Source of the DNA: a virus
Taxonomy: Duplodnaviria; Caudoviricetes
Reading direction: 5' to 3' (one strand)
Length of the DNA stretch: 55,186 bases
Virus record (IMG/VR): IMGVR_UViG_3300029893_000267
Location: 1-55,186 of that record
Shown: in pieces, positions 50,532-55,186 of the stretch
Numbering within the stretch: position 1 is the first letter of the stretch
How the letters are laid out: every line of letters begins with the position of its first letter
The notes under the pieces: model-generated
Databases searched by the model: none
What the model was told of the DNA's origin: nothing
What the model saw: only the letters and a program-made list of their open reading frames with translations
Program-made: the position numbers and the translations under genes

Positions 50532-50673
50532 ATGCTAATATTAAAACTTCTACTTCAAAAAAGGATTTTGTGATACTCATGAAAATTTTTTAAATAGAAT
50601 TTTATAAAAAAGGATATAAATTTATTATTGATAGTAATGGGATTGCCGCTCAAATTCCAGATGAATTTAGAAT

Positions 50674-51099
50674 ATGAAATATGTAAATTATTCAGATCAT
50701 TGTTATTATCGTAGAATTAATAATGTTCCTATTCTAGGAACCTCAAACTTTGCAGATTACGAATTTCTTACCCCTTTTATTTGTTGCGGATGGATGAATT
50801 TTCATGTGGATGATATAGTAAAAAGAGGTGAAAAATATTGGACAATTAAAATAATTGATTTTCATCCTTCTGCAGTATTTGTTCATAGAACAAACGGACA
50901 TTATGAACAAATTTTTTTAGAAAAAAATATGCAAATAAAATTTGATTATAGAAAATCTCATGGATTAGTTCCAAGAAAATTAGCCGCAGAAGTATGTAAG
51001 AGAAATTCTATAAATTTTAAAAAATTAAAAGTTTGGACTAAGAAAATAGATAATGCTTTGATGAAACCAAAAATCGTTTTTGAATTTTTAGATATTTGA
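50674..51099 (+). CDS. Hypothetical protein
   Basis: Clean 141-aa ORF. Confidence 0.6.
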   Translation: MKYVNYSDHCYYRRINNVPILGTSNFADYEFLTPFICCGWMNFHVDDIVKRGEKYWTIKIIDFHPSAVFVHRTNGHYEQIFLEKNMQIKFDYRKSHGLVPRKLAAEVCKRNSINFKKLKVWTKKIDNALMKPKIVFEFLDI

Positions 51100-51124
51100 C
51101 AAATAAAGAGAATTTTGGTAAAAT
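51096..51124 (+). promoter_or_regulatory. sigma70-type promoter
   Basis: TTGACA-17-TAAAAT with extended TG. Confidence 0.75.
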
Positions 51125-51169
51125 ATGGACATATTTTAAATTTAATTTGAATCCAAACGATTTTTATTA

Positions 51170-51177
51170 TATAAATA
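51170..51177 (+). promoter_or_regulatory. T4-type late promoter (TATAAATA)
   Basis: Exact motif 9 nt before the tRNA. Confidence 0.6.
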
Positions 51178-51186
51178 ATAGTTTAA

Positions 51187-51263
51187 GCGCTTGTAGCTCA
51201 ATTGGATAGAGCATCGGTCTTCTAAATCGAAGGTTGTGGGTTCGATTCCCTCCAAGCGCGCCA
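51187..51263 (+). tRNA. tRNA-Arg(UCU), CCA encoded
   Basis: Acceptor GCGCTTG/CAAGCGC, D stem GCTC/GAGC, anticodon arm TCGGT-CTTCTAA-ATCGA, T loop TTCGATT, GCCA end. Confidence 0.97.
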
Positions 51264-51287
51264 ATTTAAAAGTATATCACATTTATA

Positions 51288-51742
51288 ATGAATATTTTTG
51301 TATTAGATTATAATCCAGAAAGAGCAGCAGAATATCATTGTGATAAACATGTTATTAAAATGATATTAGAATCTGCGCAAATGTTATGTACTGCCATTAA
51401 TGAAATAGTAGGAATTCAAATAACCCTCTATAAATCAACTCATAAAAACCATTCTTGTTCATTATGGGTTAGAAGTTCTAAACAAAACGCAGAATGGTTG
51501 AAAAATTTAAATTATCATTTAAACAAAGAATATAAATTAAGATATAATAAAAAAATAAACCATAAAAGTTGGAATGTTATTAAATCTTTGAATTAGATGT
51601 ATTACCTGATATTGGAATGACAGAATTTAGATTAGCCATGCTAGAAGAATATAAATCAGAGGATACAGTAAATTCTTATAGAAATTATTATAAATCTAAA
51701 TCGTTTTTAACTTGGAAACTCGAACCCCCTTATTGGTATTGA
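51288..51742 (+). pseudogene. Pyrimidine-dimer DNA glycosylase (DenV-related) family gene, frameshifted near 51593
   Basis: MNIFVLD...CDKHVIKMILESAQML, THKNH....W, EY..RY...H; family-type tail LPDIG.T.F..AM.EEYK......YRNYY...W...P.W lies in another frame after TAG 51594-51596. Confidence 0.75.
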
Positions 51743-51753
51743 GGAGATGGAAC

Positions 51754-51890
51754 ATGATAGTGAAAGTTATTACTAAGAAATGACTTACACTATTTGGTGC
51801 TTGTGGGGCAGGGATTAGTTTTTTTGAAAAGAATCAATTAAAAAGATTCCCATTTTGATAAAAAGTTTAATTAGGGGTATAAAATATGAA
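51754..51890 (+). pseudogene. Internally deleted paralog (scar) of the YD-like repeat gene
   Basis: VKVITKK*LTLFGACGAGISFFEKNQLKRFP matches the N-terminus of 54086; followed directly by tttgataaaa..tttaa..taggggtataaaatatgaa matching 55003-55042. Confidence 0.85.
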
Positions 51891-52203
51891 AGTTTTAATT
51901 ATTTATGAGGAAGTACCAGAATCCATTAAATATTATGTGATTGAAGCAGATGAAAAAGACATTGAATTATTAGAAGCTATTAATAATCAATATATTAATT
52001 CTGTTGGTTGGGAAGATTTTGAAGTGCCTTTAAGCCAAGCCCAATGTGCCATGATAAGTGATACGGACAAAGAATTTTTAGATGATTTTATTAAATCTGT
52101 TCCAGACTACGAAAAATGGGCTAATAAATGGTTTAAAGGGAACACAAATACCCCTATTAAAGAAACAATTGAACGAGTTTATAATTTTGGATTTTATCTT
52201 TAA
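51886..52203 (+). CDS. Hypothetical protein
   Basis: AGGGG RBS; MKVLIIYEEVPE... Confidence 0.65.
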   Translation: MKVLIIYEEVPESIKYYVIEADEKDIELLEAINNQYINSVGWEDFEVPLSQAQCAMISDTDKEFLDDFIKSVPDYEKWANKWFKGNTNTPIKETIERVYNFGFYL

Positions 52204-52226
52204 TTAATAGAATAGGATATTATATT

Positions 52227-52451
52227 ATGAAAATTGAGGTAGAAATTACTAATCTTATTGGAAACAATCCTGGATATAATTGGGTAAAACATCGACATAT
52301 TAACGTAAATTACAATTCTTCACAAGAGAATATTATTAAAAAAGTTAAAAAGGAATTAGGATGGAAAAAGTCTATTACAGAAATTGTTAACAATAATATT
52401 GTAATTAAAGCTAAAGATCGTGGTATGATTGCCTTTGTAGATATCGGATAG
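52227..52451 (+). CDS. Hypothetical protein
   Basis: VE.T...G....Y.WV.....I...KK.LGW pattern. Confidence 0.6.
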   Translation: MKIEVEITNLIGNNPGYNWVKHRHINVNYNSSQENIIKKVKKELGWKKSITEIVNNNIVIKAKDRGMIAFVDIG

Positions 52452-52453
52452 TT

Positions 52454-52615
52454 ATGAATACAAATATTAAAATTTCTTTGGTTTCAATTTTTATAGGAAT
52501 TATATTTACTGTAACTTTATTTCCATTAATTAAAGGGATTGTGTTTTTCTTGGGATGGATATTTGGATTAATTATTATTCTAACATTAGTTAAACTTATT
52601 AAAATTTTTGGGTAA
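52454..52615 (+). CDS. Small membrane protein (53 aa)
   Basis: Nearly fully hydrophobic ORF between two genes. Confidence 0.5.
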   Translation: MNTNIKISLVSIFIGIIFTVTLFPLIKGIVFFLGWIFGLIIILTLVKLIKIFG

Positions 52616-52619
52616 TATT

Positions 52620-52955
52620 ATGAAAATTATTAAATTGAAACAATACACTTCTCCTAATGAATGGCATTATATTTATACACTTAAACAAGGCGATAAATAT
52701 CTTTTATGTAAAAATGGAATGGTATTTTTTGCTTTGCAAGAAGAAAGATTAGAAGATTTTGTTACTGATTCTTTGGAAATTCCTTATTGTAAAGAAGTAA
52801 TATTAATGGTTACGGAGAATATGAATAGTAAGAATATTGAAATATATGATTTAAACATGAATTATCTATATAGATTTGATAATATGGACGATTTTCTAAA
52901 TAATATTGAATCCTATACTTCAAAAGAATATTTTTCATTAACGTTTGATTTTTAA
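52620..52955 (+). CDS. Hypothetical protein
   Basis: ORF; ATG 52620 preferred. Confidence 0.55.
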   Translation: MKIIKLKQYTSPNEWHYIYTLKQGDKYLLCKNGMVFFALQEERLEDFVTDSLEIPYCKEVILMVTENMNSKNIEIYDLNMNYLYRFDNMDDFLNNIESYTSKEYFSLTFDF

Positions 52956-52959
52956 ACTC

Positions 52960-52988
52960 TTGACAATCATATTTATTTTTGATACAAT
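52960..52988 (+). promoter_or_regulatory. sigma70-type promoter
   Basis: TTGACA-17-TACAAT with extended TG. Confidence 0.85.
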
Positions 52989-53017
52989 ACTCTCACGCTA
53001 TAAGGAATGGAACTAAC

Positions 53018-53170
53018 ATGATTTCGATTAAAGTTTATTTTGAAGATGGAAATTCTATTATTACACAATTTCGAGGAACTTTTCAAGAAGCTAAAGTTTA
53101 TTACGAATCTCATATTTTTGAATTGTTTGAAAATAAATTAGTAAAATGTGTTAAAATTGAACCTCTTTGA
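53018..53170 (+). CDS. Small hypothetical protein
   Basis: KV.FEDGN...T...GT..EAK.YY; ATG 53018 lies downstream of the promoter. Confidence 0.55.
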   Translation: MISIKVYFEDGNSIITQFRGTFQEAKVYYESHIFELFENKLVKCVKIEPL

Positions 53171-53177
53171 GGAAAGT

Positions 53178-53360
53178 ATGAAACCTTTTGATCCTGCTAA
53201 GACTCCCATTGGAACTAAAGTATATCTTATTCAATGTGAAGAAGGAACTTTTGTGAGATATGATGAGGAAACAGAATATGCTTATATTTTTCTTCATTAT
53301 TATAAACACGAATTAAAATGGCCAAGGAGCGGATGTATTGAAATGTTTAAGGTAGATTAA
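53178..53360 (+). CDS. Small hypothetical protein
   Basis: GAGG RBS before MKPFDP. Confidence 0.55.
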   Translation: MKPFDPAKTPIGTKVYLIQCEEGTFVRYDEETEYAYIFLHYYKHELKWPRSGCIEMFKVD

Positions 53361-53361
53361 T

Positions 53362-53580
53362 ATGAACAAATATATTGAACAATTAGTGACAATTGCAGAA
53401 ATTAACTCTAAATTAAGTACCGGAAATTTTTCATATTCGTACGCATTAGGATATTTTCAAGGTGCTATGAGTTCATTAATGGACAATTTAGAATTATCTT
53501 CAGAACAAAAAATGAAATTGGTTGAATTTATTAATGAATATAATAAAGATTTGCTTGATAAATTGAGAAATGAATATTAA
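53362..53580 (+). CDS. Hypothetical protein
   Basis: YSYALGYFQG motif typical of small phage early proteins. Confidence 0.6.
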   Translation: MNKYIEQLVTIAEINSKLSTGNFSYSYALGYFQGAMSSLMDNLELSSEQKMKLVEFINEYNKDLLDKLRNEY

Positions 53581-53995
53581 TGAATCTATAATTGAACAAT
53601 TGAAAATTGTTGCTAGAGATGTTACTTATGAGAAAGCAAAATTAGCAGCAGCCATTGTATATAAAAATAAAATAATTTCAATTGGAATGAATTCGTATAA
53701 TACTCATGGATTTCAATATAGATATGGAAAAAATTCACAATCAATTTGTTGGCATGCAGAAAACCATGCAATTTACAATGCCAAACAAAATTATTTTGAT
53801 AAATGGAAAAAATCAACTCTTTATGTAGTTAGAATTAAATGGAATGGGACTGATAAAGAAAAAATAATCATAGGAAATTCAAAACCTTGTTCTGGATGTA
53901 TGCGTGCTATTAGAGATCATAATATAAAAAATATTGTTTACACGTTGGATTCTTCAGAAAACGAAGATCAGAATTATGGGATAATCGTTCTATGA
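53570..53995 (+). CDS. Zinc-dependent cytidine/dCMP deaminase-fold protein
   Basis: AAAIV...IS.G.N, HAE..AI, LYV.R, SKPCSGC, I..IVY. Confidence 0.9.
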   Translation: MNINESIIEQLKIVARDVTYEKAKLAAAIVYKNKIISIGMNSYNTHGFQYRYGKNSQSICWHAENHAIYNAKQNYFDKWKKSTLYVVRIKWNGTDKEKIIIGNSKPCSGCMRAIRDHNIKNIVYTLDSSENEDQNYGIIVL

Positions 53996-54085
53996 ATGAT
54001 TTAATTATATTTATTTTAAGTTGTAAAAAAGTTGACAATACCAACTAATCTTGTAGCTCTTTAATTGATTACTAAAGAGGATATT

Positions 54086-55021
54086 ATGAAAGTTATTACT
54101 AAGAAATGGCTTGATCAGATTGGAGCCTGTAAAGAAGGAATTAGTTTTTTTGAAAGAAATAAATTAGAAGGATTTCCAGTTGAACTGTTAAAACAGGTCC
54201 AAGGAGATCACGAAGGATTTGTGGCGTGGATTAAAGACAAATTGAAAAATAATTATTGTTATGACGATAATGGCAATATAATTCATTATAAGGATTCTGA
54301 TGGATATGAATATTGGAAAGATTATGACAATAATGGTAATTTAATTCATTATAAAGATTCCAAAGGATACGAATATTGGCAAGAATACGATTCCAATGGC
54401 AATATAATTCATTATAAGGATTCTGATGGATATGAATATTGGCAAGATTATGATGCTAATAATTTGATCCATCATAAAGATTGTAATGGATATGAATATT
54501 GGAAAGATTATGATGCTAATAATAATTTAATTCATTATAAAGATTGTAATGGAAATGAATATTGGAAAGAATACGATTCCAATGGTAATGTAATTCATTA
54601 TAAAAATTCTGATGGATATGAATATTGGCAAGAATACTATTCCAATAATTTGATCCATCATAAAGATTGTAATGGATATGAATATTGGAAAGAATACGAT
54701 TCCAATGGCAATGTAATTCATTATAAAACTTCCAATGGAAATGAATATTGGAAAGAATACGATTCCAATGGTAATGTAATTCATTATAAAAATTTCTATG
54801 GATATGAAGAATGGAAAGATTATGATGCTAATAATAACGAGGTTTATTGTAAAGATTCTAATAGAAATGAATATTGGAAAGATTATGATTCCAATGGTAA
54901 TTTAATTCGTTATAAAAATTCCTATGGATATAAAGAGAGTTATGAAATTGGATATTATGGAGATGGACAATTAAAGAGATATGAAGGATTAAAAATTCCT
55001 TTTTTTGATAAAAAGATTTAA
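54086..55021 (+). CDS. YD/RHS-like tandem repeat protein with small GAC..G..FF N-terminal domain
   Basis: GAGG RBS before ATG 54086; 11 repeats of about YDSNGNxIHYKxSxGxEYWKE. Confidence 0.85.
   Translation: MKVITKKWLDQIGACKEGISFFERNKLEGFPVELLKQVQGDHEGFVAWIKDKLKNNYCYDDNGNIIHYKDSDGYEYWKDYDNNGNLIHYKDSKGYEYWQEYDSNGNIIHYKDSDGYEYWQDYDANNLIHHKDCNGYEYWKDYDANNNLIHYKDCNGNEYWKEYDSNGNVIHYKNSDGYEYWQEYYSNNLIHHKDCNGYEYWKEYDSNGNVIHYKTSNGNEYWKEYDSNGNVIHYKNFYGYEEWKDYDANNNEVYCKDSNRNEYWKDYDSNGNLIRYKNSYGYKESYEIGYYGDGQLKRYEGLKIPFFDKKI
54260..54946 (+). repeat. Coding tandem repeat: nine 63-bp and two 60-bp units
   Basis: 687 nt = 9x21 + 2x20 codons, read from the translation. Confidence 0.92.
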
Positions 55022-55080
55022 TATAGGGGTATAAAATATGAATACACAATCGAAGTAATTTTTGTTGTAATTTATCTTGT

Positions 55081-55185
55081 AAAGAGGATATTATGAAAGT
55101 TATTACTGCGAAATGGCTTGATCAGATTGGAGCCTGTAAAGAAGGAATTAGTTTTTTTGAAAGAAATAAATTAGAAGGATTTCCA
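55081..55185 (+). repeat. 105-bp direct repeat of 54074-54178
   Basis: Identical except aa/gc at codon 6 (K/A); includes RBS and start codon. Confidence 0.95.
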
Positions 55186-55186
55186 A
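55093..55186 (+). CDS. Partial second copy of the YD-like repeat gene (runs off the window)
   Basis: MKVITAKWLDQIGACKEGISFFERNKLEGFP. Confidence 0.85.
   Translation, partial: MKVITAKWLDQIGACKEGISFFERNKLEGFP

Noticed and set aside
54260-54946. CRISPR array or DGR template/variable repeat
   Set aside because: Units are in-frame coding repeats without unique spacers; differences are not adenine-specific; no cas or reverse transcriptase gene in the window
9893-55049. All minus-strand ORFs in the track, and the nested + ORF 50140-50322
   Set aside because: Short shadows of AT-rich + strand genes, with no RBS or motifs
1-55186. Stop-codon reassignment (TAG or TGA) as the cause of broken ORFs
   Set aside because: Conserved genes end properly at TAA, TAG and TGA, and the breaks are repaired by frame changes rather than read-through (e.g. 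51594 TAG read-through gives non-family sequence)

Overview
Very AT-rich fragment (roughly one quarter G+C by eye) of a large T4-like (myovirus-type) phage genome; every credible gene is on the + strand. Order: (1) 0.1-14.9 kb glycan/nucleotide-sugar island (GT2, GT10, GT4, methyltransferases, HAD-nucleotidyltransferase, gmd, fcl/colC-like, ColD-like) interrupted by endonuclease-like genes; (2) 14.9-22.4 kb late region with TATAAATA promoters, head/virion proteins and lysis genes; (3) 22.4-35.3 kb replication and nucleotide metabolism (gp61 primase, MazG-like, nrdA, nrdB, GIY-YIG, RNase H); (4) 36-42 kb RNA-repair cluster with three RNA ligases; (5) 42-55 kb early accessory modules behind consensus sigma70 promoters, tRNA-Arg(UCU) and a tandemly duplicated YD-like repeat gene. 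The best candidate for an undescribed system is a set of late, capsid-targeted effector proteins: a modular polyprotein with a HicA-like RNase domain bounded by prohead-protease-type sites, and an ADP-ribosyltransferase with a T4 internal-protein-like leader. Also notable: a stand-alone, apparently dead Hint domain, a probable GDP-colitose pathway, and many A-tract frameshifts and deletion scars, which I found only in non-core genes. All family calls come from motif recognition by eye; no database search was run.
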